Positions 46,737 through 64,000 of a stretch of 64,000 bases of DNA are shown one piece after another (position 1 is the first letter of the stretch; every line of letters starts with the position of its first letter). The position numbers and the translations under genes are program-made. A model generated the notes under the pieces. It was not told where the DNA came from. It saw nothing but the letters and a program-made list of their open reading frames with translations, and searched no databases. Source of the DNA: Shigella phage Shfl2; sequence record HM035025; one strand, written 5' to 3'.

Positions 46737-49700
46737 CAGTAAAAGCACCTTCAGTCACTAGTCTCAGAATTTCCAAGTTATCCGCAAATCAGGTGCAAGT
46801 ACGCTGGGATGACGTTGGTGCTAATTTCTACTATTTTGTAGAAATCGCTGAGACAAAAACAGACTCGGGGGAAAAACTCCCGAGTAATCAATACAGATGG
46901 ATTAATTTAGGATATACAGCAAATAATAGTTTCTTTTTTGATGATGCTGATCCATTAACAACATACATTATTAGAGTAGCTACAGCTGCGCAAGATTTTG
47001 AGCAGTCTGATTGGATTTATACAGAAGAGTTTGAAACTTTTGCTACAAATGCTTATACATTTCAAAACATGATTGAAATGCAATTAGCCAATAAATTCAT
47101 TCAGGAAAAATTTACTCTTAATAATTCTGATTATGTTAATTTTAATAATGACACCATAATGGCTGCATTGATGAATGAATCGTTCCAGTTCAGCCCATCG
47201 TATGTTGATGTCTCATCAATAAGTAATTTTATTATTGGTGAAAATGAATATCATGAAATACAAGGTTCTATTCAGCAAGTATGTAAGGATATTAACCGAG
47301 TTTATTTGATGGAATCAGAAGGGATTCTATATCTTTTTGAGCGCTATCAACCCGTAGTTAAAGTATCTAATGATAAAGGACAAACCTGGAAAGCTGTAAA
47401 GCTCTTCAATGACCGCGTAGGATATCCTTTATCTAAGACAGTATATTACCAATCTGCAAACACAACATACGTTCTAGGATACGACAAGATTTTCTATGGC
47501 CGTAAATCGACTGACGTTAGATGGTCAGCAGATGATGTCAGATTCAGTTCTCAGGATATAACATTTGCTAAACTTGGCGACCAGTTACATTTAGGATTCG
47601 ATGTTGAAATCTTCGCTACTTATGCTACTTTACCAGCGAATGTATACCGTATAGCTGAGGCTATTACTTGCACGGATGATTATATCTATGTTGTTGCCAG
47701 AGACAAAGTTAGATACATAAAAACGAGTAATGCACCTATAGATTCTGACCCATTATCTCCAACATATTCGGAAAGACTTTTTGAACCTGACACAATGACT
47801 ATAACCGGAAATCCTAAAGCAGTATGCTATAAAATGGATTCTGTTGGTGATAAAGTTTTTGCTCTTATTATTGGTGAAGTTGAAACATTAAATGCTAATC
47901 CGAGGACTTCAAAAATAATTGATTCCGCTGATAAAGGAATATATGTTTTAAACCATGATACGAAAACATGGAAAAGAGTTTTTGGCAATACTGAAGAAGA
48001 AAGAAGACGTATTCAACCTGGATATGCGAATATGTCAACTGATGGTAAATTAGTTTCTCTGTCTTCGAGTAATTTTAAATTTTTAAGTGATAATGTTGTT
48101 AATGACCATGAAACTGCAGCAAAATATCAGTTAATTGGTGCCGTCAAATATGAATTTCCTCGTGAATGGTTAGCTGATAAGCATTATCATATGATGGCAT
48201 TTATAGCGGATGAAAAATCTGATTGGGAGACTTTTACTCCTCAACCAATGAAATACTACGCAGAACCGTTCTTTAACTGGTCTAAAAAATCTAACACGCG
48301 TTGTTGGATAAACAACTCTGATAGAGCTGTAGTAGTTTATGCTGATTTAAAATACACCAAAGTTATAGAAAATATTCCGGAAACATCACCAGATAGATTA
48401 GTTCATGAATACTGGGATGATGGCGATTGCACTATAGTAATGCCAAATGTTAAATTCACTGGATTTAAAAAATACGCATCAGGAATGCTTTTCTACAAAG
48501 CCTCCGGTGAAATAATTTCTTACTATGATTTTAGCTATCGTGTGAGAGATACAGTAGAAATTATTTGGAAGCCAACTGAAGTATTTTTAAAAGCATTTTT
48601 ACAAAACCAAGAGCATGAGACTCCTTGGTCACCAGAAGAAGAGCGTGGACTAGCTGACCCCGATTTAAGACCATTAATTGGCACAATGATGCCTGATTCT
48701 TATTTGCTACAGGATTCGAATTTTGAAGCATTTTGCGAAGCATATATTCAGTATCTTTCTGATGGATATGGAACTCAGTATAACAATTTACGAAATTTAA
48801 TTCGTAACAAATATCCACGAGAAGAGCATGCATGGGAATATTTGTGGTCAGAGATATATAAAAGAAACATTTATTTAAATGCTGACAAACGTGATGCTGT
48901 TGCAAGATTTTTCGAATCACGTAGCTATGATTTTTATTCTACTAAAGGAATTGAAGCATCATACAAATTTCTTTTTAAAGTTCTTTATAATGAAGAGGTT
49001 GAAATTGAAATTGAATCTGGGGCTGGTACTGAATATGATATAATCGTTCAATCTGATTCTTTGACTGAAGACTTAGTAGGACAAACGATTTATACAGCTA
49101 CAGGAAGATGTAATGTTACTTATATAGAAAGAAGCTATTCTAATGGTAAATTGCAATGGACCGTAACTATTCATAATCTTTTGGGACGATTAATTGCTGG
49201 TCAAGAAGTTAAAGCAGAAAGACTTCCTAGTTTTGAAGGCGAAATTATTCGTGGGGTTAAAGGAAAGGATTTGCTTCAAAATAATATAGACTATATTAAT
49301 AGAAGTCGATCATATTATGTAATGAAAATTAAATCCAATTTACCTTCTTCTCGTTGGAAATCTGACGTTATTCGTTTTGTTCATCCAGTAGGATTTGGAT
49401 TTATAGCAATTACCCTTTTAACGATGTTTATTAATGTTGGTTTAACTCTTAAACATACAGAGACTATAATTAATAAATACAAAAACTATAAATGGGATTC
49501 TGGATTGCCTACTGAATATGCCGATAGAGTAGCTAAATTGACTCCAACTGGTGAAATTGAGCATGATTCAGTAACAGGCGAAGCAATTTATGAGCCTGGC
49601 CCAATGGCTGGCGTAAAATATCCTCTTCCTGATGACTATAATGCTGAAAATAATAATTCAATATTTCAAGGTCAATTGCCGTCTGAACGACGTAAATTAA

Positions 49701-49831
49701 TGAGTCCTTTATTTGATGCATCTGGAACAACATTTGCTCAATTTAGAGATTTAGTTAATAAACGTCTAAAAGACAATATAGGAAATCCAAGAGACCCTGA
49801 AAATCCAACACAGGTTAAAATAGATGAATGA
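46733..49831 (+). CDS. 7: Baseplate wedge protein gp7
   Basis: 1032 aa; synteny. Confidence 0.92.
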   Translation: MTVKAPSVTSLRISKLSANQVQVRWDDVGANFYYFVEIAETKTDSGEKLPSNQYRWINLGYTANNSFFFDDADPLTTYIIRVATAAQDFEQSDWIYTEEFETFATNAYTFQNMIEMQLANKFIQEKFTLNNSDYVNFNNDTIMAALMNESFQFSPSYVDVSSISNFIIGENEYHEIQGSIQQVCKDINRVYLMESEGILYLFERYQPVVKVSNDKGQTWKAVKLFNDRVGYPLSKTVYYQSANTTYVLGYDKIFYGRKSTDVRWSADDVRFSSQDITFAKLGDQLHLGFDVEIFATYATLPANVYRIAEAITCTDDYIYVVARDKVRYIKTSNAPIDSDPLSPTYSERLFEPDTMTITGNPKAVCYKMDSVGDKVFALIIGEVETLNANPRTSKIIDSADKGIYVLNHDTKTWKRVFGNTEEERRRIQPGYANMSTDGKLVSLSSSNFKFLSDNVVNDHETAAKYQLIGAVKYEFPREWLADKHYHMMAFIADEKSDWETFTPQPMKYYAEPFFNWSKKSNTRCWINNSDRAVVVYADLKYTKVIENIPETSPDRLVHEYWDDGDCTIVMPNVKFTGFKKYASGMLFYKASGEIISYYDFSYRVRDTVEIIWKPTEVFLKAFLQNQEHETPWSPEEERGLADPDLRPLIGTMMPDSYLLQDSNFEAFCEAYIQYLSDGYGTQYNNLRNLIRNKYPREEHAWEYLWSEIYKRNIYLNADKRDAVARFFESRSYDFYSTKGIEASYKFLFKVLYNEEVEIEIESGAGTEYDIIVQSDSLTEDLVGQTIYTATGRCNVTYIERSYSNGKLQWTVTIHNLLGRLIAGQEVKAERLPSFEGEIIRGVKGKDLLQNNIDYINRSRSYYVMKIKSNLPSSRWKSDVIRFVHPVGFGFIAITLLTMFINVGLTLKHTETIINKYKNYKWDSGLPTEYADRVAKLTPTGEIEHDSVTGEAIYEPGPMAGVKYPLPDDYNAENNNSIFQGQLPSERRKLMSPLFDASGTTFAQFRDLVNKRLKDNIGNPRDPENPTQVKIDE

Positions 49832-50828
49832 TTCAAGTGTTATCTATCGTGCGATAGTTACTTCAAAATTTAGAACAGAAAAAATGTTGAATTTTTATAA
49901 TTCAATTGGAAGTGGTCCGGATAAAAACACTATCTTTATCACATTTGGAAGATCAGAACCGTGGTCATCAAATGAAAATGAGGCGGGCTTTGCCCCGCCT
50001 TATCCAACCGATTCTGTATTAGGTGTAACTGACATGTGGACTCATATGATGGGAACAGTAAAAGTTCTTCCATCAATGCTTGATGCTGTTATTCCTCGCA
50101 GAGATTGGGGAGATACTAGATATCCGGATCCATACACATTTAGAATTAATGATATTGTAGTGTGTAACTCAGCTCCTTACAACGCTACTGAATCAGGCGC
50201 AGGCTGGTTAGTATATCGTTGTTTAGATGTTCCTGATACCGGAATGTGTTCAATCTCATCTTTAACTGATAAGGATGAATGCCTTAAGTTAGGTGGAAAA
50301 TGGACTCCTTCTGCTAGGTCAATGACTCCTCCTGAAGGTCGAGGAGATGCTGAAGGAACAATTGAGCCCGGAGACGGGTATGTGTGGGAATATCTATTTG
50401 AGATTCCGCCTGATGTATCTATAAATAGATGCACGAATGAATATATCGTAGTTCCTTGGCCTGAGGAATTAAAAGAAGACCCGACTAGATGGGGATATGA
50501 AGATAATCTCACTTGGCAACAAGATGATTTTGGATTAATTTACCGTGTTAAGGCAAATACTATCCGTTTTAAAGCATATTTAGATTCAGTTTATTTTCCT
50601 GAAGCTGCACTGCCGGGAAATAAAGGATTTAGGCAAATATCAATAATCACGAATCCTCTTGAAGCTAAAGCTAATCCAAATGACCCAAACGTTAAAGCTG
50701 AAAAGGATTATTATGATCCGGAAGATTTAATGAGGCATTCGGGCGAAATGATTTATATGGAAAATAGGCCACCTATTATCATGGCAATGGATCAAACAGA
50801 AGAAATCAATATTCTGTTTACATTTTAA
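49824..50828 (+). CDS. 8: Baseplate wedge protein gp8
   Basis: 334 aa; synteny. Confidence 0.9.
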   Translation: MNDSSVIYRAIVTSKFRTEKMLNFYNSIGSGPDKNTIFITFGRSEPWSSNENEAGFAPPYPTDSVLGVTDMWTHMMGTVKVLPSMLDAVIPRRDWGDTRYPDPYTFRINDIVVCNSAPYNATESGAGWLVYRCLDVPDTGMCSISSLTDKDECLKLGGKWTPSARSMTPPEGRGDAEGTIEPGDGYVWEYLFEIPPDVSINRCTNEYIVVPWPEELKEDPTRWGYEDNLTWQQDDFGLIYRVKANTIRFKAYLDSVYFPEAALPGNKGFRQISIITNPLEAKANPNDPNVKAEKDYYDPEDLMRHSGEMIYMENRPPIIMAMDQTEEINILFTF

Positions 50829-50833
50829 CTTAA

Positions 50834-50860
50834 GGGAGCCCATGGGCTCCCTTTTTCTTT
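50834..50860 (+). terminator. Rho-independent terminator after gene 8 (GGGAGCCC-AUG-GGCUCCC + U-run)
   Basis: Perfect hairpin followed by tttttcttt. Confidence 0.75.
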
Positions 50861-50867
50861 ATAAATA
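50860..50867 (+). promoter_or_regulatory. Late promoter TATAAATA for gene 9
   Basis: Exact TATAAATA 25 nt upstream of the gene 9 ATG. Confidence 0.65.
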
Positions 50868-50891
50868 CTATAAACTCATAAGGAAACCGCT

Positions 50892-51758
50892 ATGTTCATT
50901 CAAGAACCAAAGAAATTGATTGATACCGGCGAAATTGGTAACGCTTCTACTGGTGATATCTTATTCGACGGTGGTAATAAAATTAATAGTGATTTTAACG
51001 CAATTTATAATGCGTTTGGCGATCAACGTAAAATGGCAGTAGCAAATGGCACTGGAGCAGATGGCCAAATTATCCATGCTACTGGATATTATCAAAAACA
51101 CTCTATTGCAGAGTACGCAACTCCAGTAAAAGTTGGCACTAGGCATGATATTGATACCTCTACTGTAGGTGTTAAAGTTATCATTGAAAGAGGCGAACTT
51201 GGCGACTGCGTTGAATTTATTAACTCAAATGGATCTATATCAGTTACTAATCCTTTAACAATTCAAGCCATTGATTCAATTAAAGGTGTTTCGGGTAATT
51301 TAGTAGTAACTAGCCCATATAGTAAAGTAACATTACGTTGTATTTCATCTGATAATTCTACATCGGTTTGGAATTATTCTATTGAAAGTATGTTTGGCCA
51401 AAAGGAATCACCAGCTGAAGGTACATGGAATATTTCTACATCCGGATCAGTTGATATTCCACTATTTCATCGCACTGAATACAATATGGCTAAATTGCTA
51501 GTTACATGCCAATCAGTAGATGGAAGAAAAATTAAAACAGCAGAAATAAATATTCTTGTGGATACTGTTAATTCAGAGGTCATTTCTTCTGAATATGCTG
51601 TCATGCGGGTTGGGAATGAAACCGAAGAAGACGAAATCGCTAACATTGCATTTAGTATTAAAGAAAATTATGTAACGGCGACTATAAGTTCTCCAACTGT
51701 CGGTATGAGAGCAGCAGTTAAAGTTATCGCTACGCAGAAAATCGGGGTGGCTCAATAA
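50892..51758 (+). CDS. 9: Baseplate wedge / long-tail-fibre socket protein gp9
   Basis: 288 aa; synteny. Confidence 0.9.
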   Translation: MFIQEPKKLIDTGEIGNASTGDILFDGGNKINSDFNAIYNAFGDQRKMAVANGTGADGQIIHATGYYQKHSIAEYATPVKVGTRHDIDTSTVGVKVIIERGELGDCVEFINSNGSISVTNPLTIQAIDSIKGVSGNLVVTSPYSKVTLRCISSDNSTSVWNYSIESMFGQKESPAEGTWNISTSGSVDIPLFHRTEYNMAKLLVTCQSVDGRKIKTAEINILVDTVNSEVISSEYAVMRVGNETEEDEIANIAFSIKENYVTATISSPTVGMRAAVKVIATQKIGVAQ

Positions 51759-53566
51759 TGAAACAAAATATTAATATCGGTAATGTTGTTGATGATGGTA
51801 CCGGTGACTACCTGCGTAAAGGTGGTATAAAAATAAATGAAAACTTTGATGAGCTTTATTACGAGCTTGGTGATGGAGATGTTCCATATTCAGCCGGTGC
51901 CTGGAAAACTTATGATGCTTCATCTGGTCAAACACTAAAAGCCGAATGGGGAAAATCATACGCTATTAATACCTCTTCTGGAAGAGTGACTATAAATCTT
52001 CCAAAAGGAACTGTCAATGATTACAACAAGGTAATTAGAGCTAGAGACGTATTTGCTACATGGAACGTCAACCCAGTTACATTAGTAGCTGCTTCCGGCG
52101 ATACAATTAAAGGGTCTGCGGTACCAGTTGAAATTAATGTTCAATTCAGCGATTTGGAATTAGTGTATTGCGCCCCAGGACGTTGGGAATATGTCAAAAA
52201 TAAGCAAATTGACAAAATTACCAGTTCAGACATTAGTAATGTAGCTCGTAAAGAATTTTTAGTCGAAGTCCAAGGACAAACAGACTTTTTAGATGTTTTC
52301 CGTGGAACTAGTTATAATGTAAATAACATCAGAGTAAAACATCGTGGTAACGAATTGTATTACGGCGATGTATTTAGTGAAAACAGCGATTTTGGCTCTC
52401 CGGGCGAAAGCGAAGGTGAATTAGTTCCTCTTGATGGATTTAATATTCGATTAAGACAGCCTTGTAATATTGGTGATACTGTTCAAATTGAAACATTTAT
52501 GGATGGCGTATCACAGTGGAGAAGTTCATATACAAGACGTCAAATTAGAGTGTTAGATTCAAAATTAACGTCAAAGACTTCTTTAGAAGGAAGCATTTAC
52601 GTTACTGATTTATCAACAATGAAATCAATTCCATTTTCAGCTTTTGGATTAATTCCAGGTGAACCTATTAATCCTAATTCTCTTGAGGTTCGTTTTAATG
52701 GAATTTTACAAGAATTGGCTGGAACAGTTGGAATGCCATTATTTCATTGTGTTGGTGCTGATTCAGACGACGAAGTAGAATGCTCTGTTTTAGGTGGAAC
52801 TTGGGAACAGTCTCACACAGACTATTCAGTTGAAACTGATGAAAACGGCATACCAGAAATTTTACATTTCGATAGAGTATTTGAGCATGGCGACATTATC
52901 AATATCACCTGGTTTAATAATGATTTAGGCACATTATTAACAAAAGATGAGATTATTGATGAAACTGATAATCTCTATGTATCGCAAGGACCAGGAGTAG
53001 ATATTTCCGGTGATGTAAATTTAACAGACTTCGATAAAATTGGTTGGCCAAATGTAGAAGCAGTTCAATCTTATCAACGCGAATTTAACGCTGTTTCAAA
53101 TATCTTTGATACGATTTATCCTATTGGAACTATATATGAAAACGCTGTTAATCCAAATAACCCTGTTACATATATGGGATTCGGCTCATGGAAATTATTT
53201 GGGCAAGGAAAAGTTTTAGTTGGATGGAACGAAGATATTTCGGACCCTAACTTTGCTCTAAATAACAACGATTTAGATTCGGGTGGAAATCCTTCACATA
53301 CTGCGGGTGGAACAGGCGGTTCTACTTCTGTTACATTGGAAAATGCTAATCTTCCTGCAACTGAGACAGATGAAGAAGTTCTAATAGTTGATGAAAATGG
53401 ATCAGTCATTGTTGGTGGATGTCAATACGATCCAGATGAATCCGGTCCAGTTTACACGAAATACCGTGAAGCTAAAGCATCTACTAACTCTACTCACACT
53501 CCGCCAACATCAATAACTAACATTCAACCATATATTACAGTTTATCGTTGGATAAGGATTGCATAA
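51758..53566 (+). CDS. 10: Baseplate wedge protein gp10
   Basis: 602 aa; synteny. Confidence 0.9.
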   Translation: MKQNINIGNVVDDGTGDYLRKGGIKINENFDELYYELGDGDVPYSAGAWKTYDASSGQTLKAEWGKSYAINTSSGRVTINLPKGTVNDYNKVIRARDVFATWNVNPVTLVAASGDTIKGSAVPVEINVQFSDLELVYCAPGRWEYVKNKQIDKITSSDISNVARKEFLVEVQGQTDFLDVFRGTSYNVNNIRVKHRGNELYYGDVFSENSDFGSPGESEGELVPLDGFNIRLRQPCNIGDTVQIETFMDGVSQWRSSYTRRQIRVLDSKLTSKTSLEGSIYVTDLSTMKSIPFSAFGLIPGEPINPNSLEVRFNGILQELAGTVGMPLFHCVGADSDDEVECSVLGGTWEQSHTDYSVETDENGIPEILHFDRVFEHGDIINITWFNNDLGTLLTKDEIIDETDNLYVSQGPGVDISGDVNLTDFDKIGWPNVEAVQSYQREFNAVSNIFDTIYPIGTIYENAVNPNNPVTYMGFGSWKLFGQGKVLVGWNEDISDPNFALNNNDLDSGGNPSHTAGGTGGSTSVTLENANLPATETDEEVLIVDENGSVIVGGCQYDPDESGPVYTKYREAKASTNSTHTPPTSITNIQPYITVYRWIRIA

Positions 53567-54225
53567 TGAGTTTACTTAATAATAAAGCGGGAGTCATTTC
53601 CCGCTTAGCCGATTTTCTTGGTTTTAGACCTAAAGCTGGTAATATAGATGTAATGAATCGTCAATCAGTTGGGTCAGTGACAATTTCTCAATTAGCGAAA
53701 GGATTTTATGAACCAAACGTAGAATCAGCTATTAATGACGTTCATAATTTTTCTATAAAAGACGTTGGTACAATTATTACTAATAAAACTGGTGTTTCTC
53801 CTGAGGGTGTTTCTCAAACTGATTATTGGGCATTTTCTGGAACTGTAACAGACGATTCTCTTCCTCCGGGTTCTCCTGTTACGGTATTAGTATTCGGTCT
53901 TCCAGTTTCAGCAACAACCGGAATGACAGCTATTGAGTTTGTCGCCAAAGTTCGTGTTGCTCTACAAGAAGCTATTGCGTCATTTACTGCTATCAATTCA
54001 TATAAAGACCATCCAACCGATGGTAGTAAATTAGAAGTTACTTATTTAGATAATCAGAAACATGTATTAAGCACATATTCCACATATGGAATAACTATTT
54101 CCCAAGAAATTATTTCAGAATCTAAGCCTGGATATGGCACATGGAATTTGCTTGGTGCACAAACTGTAACTTTAGATAATCAGCAAACTCCAATAGTACT
54201 TTATCATTTTGAGAGAACAGCATGA
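53566..54225 (+). CDS. 11: Baseplate wedge protein gp11 (219 aa from ATG overlapping gene 10 stop)
   Basis: ORF track gives 225 aa from an upstream alternative start; TAATG coupling at 53564-53568. Confidence 0.85.
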   Translation: MSLLNNKAGVISRLADFLGFRPKAGNIDVMNRQSVGSVTISQLAKGFYEPNVESAINDVHNFSIKDVGTIITNKTGVSPEGVSQTDYWAFSGTVTDDSLPPGSPVTVLVFGLPVSATTGMTAIEFVAKVRVALQEAIASFTAINSYKDHPTDGSKLEVTYLDNQKHVLSTYSTYGITISQEIISESKPGYGTWNLLGAQTVTLDNQQTPIVLYHFERTA

Positions 54226-55805
54226 GTAATAATACATATCAACACGTTTCTAATGAATCTCGCTATGTAAAATTTGATCCAACTGGTACAAATTTTCCGG
54301 CAGAGATTACTGATGTTCAGGCTGCTATAGCAGCCATTTCTCCTGCTGGTGTAAATGGAGTTCCTGATGCATCATCAACAACAAAAGGAATTTTATTTCT
54401 TGCCACTGAACAGGAAGTTATCGACGGAACTGATAATACCAAAGCAGTTACACCCGCAACGTTGGCAACAAGATTATCTTATCCAAACGCAACTGAAACT
54501 GTTTACGGATTAACAAGATATTCAACAGATGATGAAGCGATTGCTGGAGTTAATAATGAATCTTCTATAACTCCTGCTAAATTTACTGTTGCCCTTAATA
54601 ATGCATTTGAAACACGAGTTTCAACTGAATCATCAAATGGAGTTATTAAAATTTCATCTCTACCGCAAGCATTAGCTGGCGCAGATGATACTACTGCGAT
54701 GACTCCGTTAAAAACGCAGCAGTTAGCTATTAAACTAATTGCGCAAATCGCTCCTTCTGAAACCACAGCTACCGAATCGGACCAAGGTGTTGTTCAATTA
54801 GCGACAGTAGCTCAAGTTCGTCAAGGAACCTTAAGAGAAGGCTATGCAATTTCTCCTTATACGCTAATGAATTCTACTGCTACTGAAGAATATAAAGGCG
54901 TAATTAAATTAGGAACACAATCAGAAGTTAACTCGAATAATGCTTCTGTTGCGGTTACTGGCGCAACTCTTAATGGTCGTGGTTCTACAACGTCAATGAG
55001 AGGCGTAGTTAAATTAACTACAACCGCCGGCTCACAGAGTGGAGGTGATGCTTCATCAGCACTAGCTTGGAATGCTGACGTTATCCATCAAAGAGGTGGT
55101 CAAACGATTAATGGAACACTTCGCATTAATAATACGCTCACAATAGCTTCAGGCGGAGCAAATATTACCGGAACAGTTAACATGACCGGTGGTTATATTC
55201 AGGGTAAGCGTGTTGTAACGCAGAATGAAATAGATAGAACTATTCCTGTCGGAGCTATTATGATGTGGGCGGCTGATAGCCTTCCTAGTGATGCTTGGCG
55301 CTTCTGTCATGGCGGAACTGTTTCAGCATCAGATTGTCCATTATATGCTTCTAGAATTGGAACAAGATACGGCGGAAGCTCATCAAATCCTGGATTACCT
55401 GATATGCGTGGTCTTTTTGTTCGTGGCTCTGGTCGTGGCTCTCACTTAACAAATCCAAATGTTAATGGTAATGACCAATTTGGTAAGCCTAGATTAGGTG
55501 TAGGTTGTACTGGTGGATATGTTGGCGAAGTGCAAAAACAGCAGATGTCTTATCATAAACATGCTGGCGGATTTGGTGAGCATGATGATTCTGGAGCATT
55601 CGGTAATACCCGTAGATCAAATTTTGTTGGTACACGTAAAGGACTTGACTGGGATAACCGTTCATACTTCACCAATGACGGATATGAAATTGACCCAGCA
55701 TCACAACGAAATTCCAAATATACATTAAATCGTCCCGAATTAATTGGAAATGAAACACGTCCATGGAACATTTCTTTAAACTACATTATTAAGGTAAAAG
55801 AATGA
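54222..55805 (+). CDS. 12: Short tail fibre protein gp12
   Basis: 527 aa; C-terminal receptor-binding domain with HxH/cysteine cluster. Confidence 0.92.
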   Translation: MSNNTYQHVSNESRYVKFDPTGTNFPAEITDVQAAIAAISPAGVNGVPDASSTTKGILFLATEQEVIDGTDNTKAVTPATLATRLSYPNATETVYGLTRYSTDDEAIAGVNNESSITPAKFTVALNNAFETRVSTESSNGVIKISSLPQALAGADDTTAMTPLKTQQLAIKLIAQIAPSETTATESDQGVVQLATVAQVRQGTLREGYAISPYTLMNSTATEEYKGVIKLGTQSEVNSNNASVAVTGATLNGRGSTTSMRGVVKLTTTAGSQSGGDASSALAWNADVIHQRGGQTINGTLRINNTLTIASGGANITGTVNMTGGYIQGKRVVTQNEIDRTIPVGAIMMWAADSLPSDAWRFCHGGTVSASDCPLYASRIGTRYGGSSSNPGLPDMRGLFVRGSGRGSHLTNPNVNGNDQFGKPRLGVGCTGGYVGEVQKQQMSYHKHAGGFGEHDDSGAFGNTRRSNFVGTRKGLDWDNRSYFTNDGYEIDPASQRNSKYTLNRPELIGNETRPWNISLNYIIKVKE

Positions 55806-57265
55806 CAGATATTGTACTGAATGACTTACCATTCGTTGACGGCCCTCCTGCAGAGGGCCAGAGCCGCATTTCCTGGATTAAAAACGGCGAAGAAATTTTA
55901 GGAGCTGATACACAGTATGGAAGTGAAGGTTCAATGAATAGACCTACAGTTTCCGTACTAAGAAATGTTGAAGTTCTCGATAAAAACATTGGAATACTTA
56001 AAACATCTTTAGAAACCGCAAATAGTGATATTAAAACAATTCAGGGCATCTTAGATGTATCTGGTGATATTGAAGCTTTGGCCCAAATAGGTATCAATAA
56101 AAAGGATATTTCTGATCTCAAAACGCTAACCAGTGAACACACAGAAATATTAAATGGAACTAATAGTACGGTTGACAGCATTCTTGCTGATATTGGTCCA
56201 TTTAACTCTGAGGCCAACTCTGTATATAGAACGATCAGAAATGATTTACTGTGGATTAAACGTGAATTAGGTCAATATACAGGTCAAGATATTAATGGTC
56301 TTCCTGTTGTAGGAAATCCTAGTACTGGAATGAAGCATCGTATTATTAATAATACTGATGCCATTACTTCACAGGGAATACGTTTAAGCGAATTAGAAAC
56401 AAAATTTATTGAATCTGATGTAGGTTCTTTGACTATTGAAGTTGGCAATCTTCGTGAAGAGCTTGGACCGAAACCGCCGTCATTTTCCCAAACTGTTTAT
56501 AGTCGTTTAAATGAAATTGACACTAAACAGACAACAGTTGAGTCTGACATTAGTGCTATTAAGACCTCAATAGGATATCCTGGAAATAATTCGATTATTA
56601 CGAGTGTTAATACAAACACTGATAATATTGCATCTATTAATTTAGAGCTAAATCAAAGTGGAGGTATTAAACAGCGTTTAACCGCTATAGAAACTTCTAT
56701 CGGTTCAGATGATATTCCTTCGAGTATTAAAGGACAAATTAAAGATAATACAACTTCAATCGAAGCTCTAAACGGAATTGTAGGCGAAAACACTTCATCT
56801 GGTTTAAGAGCGAATGTTTCATGGTTAAACCAAATTGTTGGAACTGATTCTAGTGGTGGACAACCGTCTCCTCCTGGGTCTCTTTTAAACCGAGTTTCTA
56901 CAATTGAAACTTCTGTTTCAGGCTTGAATAACGATGTTCAAAACCTACAAGTAGAGATTGGTAATAACAGCACAGGAATTAAAGGGCAAGTTGTAGCGTT
57001 AAATACTTTAGTAAATGGAACTAACCCAAATGGTTCAACTGTTGAAGAACGCGGATTAACCAATTCAATAAAAGCTAACGAAACCAACATTGCATCAGTT
57101 ACACAAGAAGTGAATACAGCTAAAGGCAATATATCTTCTTTACAAGGCGATGTTCAAGCTCTCCAAGAAGCAGGTTATATTCCTGAAGCTCCAAAAGATG
57201 GCCAAGCTTACGTTCGTAAAGACGGCGAATGGGTATTGCTTTCTACCTTTTTATCACCAGCATAA
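55802..57265 (+). CDS. wac: Fibritin (whisker antigen control)
   Basis: 487 aa coiled-coil; C-terminal foldon [27 protein letters not shown]. Confidence 0.95.
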   Translation: MTDIVLNDLPFVDGPPAEGQSRISWIKNGEEILGADTQYGSEGSMNRPTVSVLRNVEVLDKNIGILKTSLETANSDIKTIQGILDVSGDIEALAQIGINKKDISDLKTLTSEHTEILNGTNSTVDSILADIGPFNSEANSVYRTIRNDLLWIKRELGQYTGQDINGLPVVGNPSTGMKHRIINNTDAITSQGIRLSELETKFIESDVGSLTIEVGNLREELGPKPPSFSQTVYSRLNEIDTKQTTVESDISAIKTSIGYPGNNSIITSVNTNTDNIASINLELNQSGGIKQRLTAIETSIGSDDIPSSIKGQIKDNTTSIEALNGIVGENTSSGLRANVSWLNQIVGTDSSGGQPSPPGSLLNRVSTIETSVSGLNNDVQNLQVEIGNNSTGIKGQVVALNTLVNGTNPNGSTVEERGLTNSIKANETNIASVTQEVNTAKGNISSLQGDVQALQEAGYIPEAPKDGQAYVRKDGEWVLLSTFLSPA

Positions 57266-57268
57266 CAT

Positions 57269-57284
57269 GGGGCCGCAAGGCCCC
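57269..57284 (+). terminator. Stem-loop (GGGGCC-GCAA-GGCCCC) after wac; weak terminator or RNA-stability element
   Basis: Perfect 6-bp GC stem with GNRA loop; U-tract displaced. Confidence 0.4.
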
Positions 57285-57296
57285 AAAGGATTTTAA

Positions 57297-58998
<1,702 letters not shown>

Positions 58999-59039
58999 TA
59001 AATATTATAAACTAATTAAAGCCCAGATTAGGAGAAATC

Positions 59040-62180
<3,141 letters not shown>

Positions 62181-62208
62181 TATTAAAGCATATTAAAGAG
62201 GATTAAAA

Positions 62209-64000
62209 ATGACTTTATTATCTCCGGGCATTGAGCTCAAAGAAACTACGGTTCAAAGCACCGTGGTTAATAACTCTACTGGTACAGCAGCTCTGGCCGG
62301 TAAATTCCAGTGGGGTCCTGCTTTTCAAATTAAACAGGTTACAAATGAAGTAGATTTAGTTAATACTTTTGGTCAACCTACAGCTGAAACTGCTGACTAT
62401 TTTATGTCTGCAATGAATTTCTTACAATACGGAAATGATTTGCGAGTTGTGCGTGCTGTCGATAGAGATACCGCTAAAAACTCATCTCCGATTGCCGGTA
62501 ATATTGAATACACTATTTCTACCCCAGGTAGTAACTACGCGGTTGGAGATAAAATCACGGTTAAGTATGTTTCAGAAGACATTGAAACAGAATGTAAAGT
62601 TACCGAAGTAGATGCTGATGGAAAAATTAAGAAAATTAATATTCCTACCGCAAAAATTATCGCTAAAGCGAAAGAAGTAGGCGAATATCCAGCATTAGGT
62701 TCTAACTGGACCGCGGAAATTTCTTCGTCTTCCTCTGGTTTAGCTGCAGTAATAACTCTTGGAAAAATTATTACTGATTCTGGTATTTTATTAGCTGAAA
62801 TTGAAAATGCTGAAGCTGCCATGACAGCTGTTGACTTTCAAGCAAATCTCGAAAAATATGGAATTCCAGGAGTAGTAGCTCTTTATCCAGGCGAGTTGGG
62901 CGATAAAATCGAAATTGAAATCGTATCTAAAGCTGACTACGCAAAAGGTGCTTCTGCATTACTTCCAATTTATCCAGGCGGCGGCACACGCGCATCTACT
63001 GCCAAAGCAGTGTTTGGATACGGACCACAAACTGATTCACAATACGCTATTATAGTTCGTCGCAATGATGCTATTGTTCAAAGCGTTGTTCTTTCAACGA
63101 AGCGTGGCGAAAAAGATATTTACGATAGTAACATCTATATTGATGACTTTTTCGCAAAAGGTGGTTCAGAATATATTTTCGCAACTGCCCAAAACTGGCC
63201 AGAAGGCTTCTCTGGAATTTTAACTCTGTCTGGTGGATTATCGTCAAATGCTGAAGTAACAGCAGGAGATTTGATGGAAGCTTGGGACTTCTTTGCTGAC
63301 CGCGAATCTGTTGATGTTCAGTTGTTTATTGCGGGTTCTTGCGCCGGCGAATCTTTAGAAACAGCATCTACTGTCCAAAAACACGTCGTTTCAATTGGTG
63401 ATGCTCGCCAAGATTGCTTAGTACTGTGCTCACCACCGCGTGAAACTGTAGTTGGAATTCCTGTAACTCGTGCTGTTGATAACTTAGTCAATTGGAGAAC
63501 TGCAGCAGGTTCATACACTGATAACAACTTTAATATCAGTTCAACCTATGCAGCAATCGATGGTAACTACAAGTATCAGTATGACAAATATAATGATGTG
63601 AATCGTTGGGTTCCATTAGCAGCTGATATTGCTGGTTTATGCGCAAGAACTGATAACGTTTCTCAGACTTGGATGTCTCCAGCTGGTTATAATCGTGGCC
63701 AGATTCTTAACGTTATTAAACTTGCTATTGAAACTCGCCAGGCGCAGCGCGACCGTTTATACCAAGAAGCTATCAACCCGGTAACCGGTACAGGTGGTGA
63801 TGGTTACGTATTGTATGGTGATAAAACAGCTACTTCTGTTCCTTCTCCATTTGATCGTATTAACGTTCGTCGTCTGTTTAATATGTTGAAAACGAATATC
63901 GGACGTAGTTCAAAATATCGTTTGTTCGAATTAAACAACGCGTTTACTCGTTCATCGTTCCGCACAGAAACTTCCCAGTACTTGCAGGGAATTAAAGCTC
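62209..64000 (+). CDS. 18: Tail sheath protein gp18, 3' end beyond window
   Basis: ATG at 62209 with SD AAGAGG; open frame to window end (MTLLSPGIELKETTVQ...); not in ORF track because no stop in window. Confidence 0.92.
   Translation, partial: MTLLSPGIELKETTVQSTVVNNSTGTAALAGKFQWGPAFQIKQVTNEVDLVNTFGQPTAETADYFMSAMNFLQYGNDLRVVRAVDRDTAKNSSPIAGNIEYTISTPGSNYAVGDKITVKYVSEDIETECKVTEVDADGKIKKINIPTAKIIAKAKEVGEYPALGSNWTAEISSSSSGLAAVITLGKIITDSGILLAEIENAEAAMTAVDFQANLEKYGIPGVVALYPGELGDKIEIEIVSKADYAKGASALLPIYPGGGTRASTAKAVFGYGPQTDSQYAIIVRRNDAIVQSVVLSTKRGEKDIYDSNIYIDDFFAKGGSEYIFATAQNWPEGFSGILTLSGGLSSNAEVTAGDLMEAWDFFADRESVDVQLFIAGSCAGESLETASTVQKHVVSIGDARQDCLVLCSPPRETVVGIPVTRAVDNLVNWRTAAGSYTDNNFNISSTYAAIDGNYKYQYDKYNDVNRWVPLAADIAGLCARTDNVSQTWMSPAGYNRGQILNVIKLAIETRQAQRDRLYQEAINPVTGTGGDGYVLYGDKTATSVPSPFDRINVRRLFNMLKTNIGRSSKYRLFELNNAFTRSSFRTETSQYLQGIKA

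Overview
This window is a contiguous segment of a T-even (T4-like, Tequatrovirus-type) coliphage genome, running from gene 46 (partial, window start) to gene 18 (partial, window end). Coordinates 1-41573 are a dense block of early/middle genes on the minus strand: 46, 47, a-gt, 55, nrdH/nrdG/nrdD, 49, pin, nrdC, a long run of small hypothetical genes, rI, tk, regB, a GrcA-like glycyl-radical cofactor, internal-protein genes, lysozyme e, nudE, a 10-tRNA cluster, 57B (Acb1), 57A, 1, 3, 2 and 4. Coordinates 41621-64000 are late structural genes on the plus strand: 53, 5, 5.1, 5.4, 6, 7, 8, 9, 10, 11, 12, wac, 13, 14, 15, 16, 17 and 18. Gene names are assigned from my recall of T4 proteins and synteny, not from a database search. 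The phage is not T4 itself: lysozyme is about 97% identical to the T4 sequence as I remember it, nrdD is intronless, no homing-endonuclease genes are visible, denV is missing from its expected place, and there are 10 tRNAs (adding Tyr and Asn to the T4 eight). I found no single clearly novel system; the most interesting candidates are a tandem family of coiled-coil-tailed paralogs, a nucleotidyltransferase/ATPase pair, a macrodomain protein, extra capsid-targeted internal proteins, and repeated promoter/stem-loop cassettes flanking the variable genes. Several six-frame ORF N-termini are artefacts of non-ATG starts or read-through of promoter motifs, and I trimmed them where an SD+ATG was evident.
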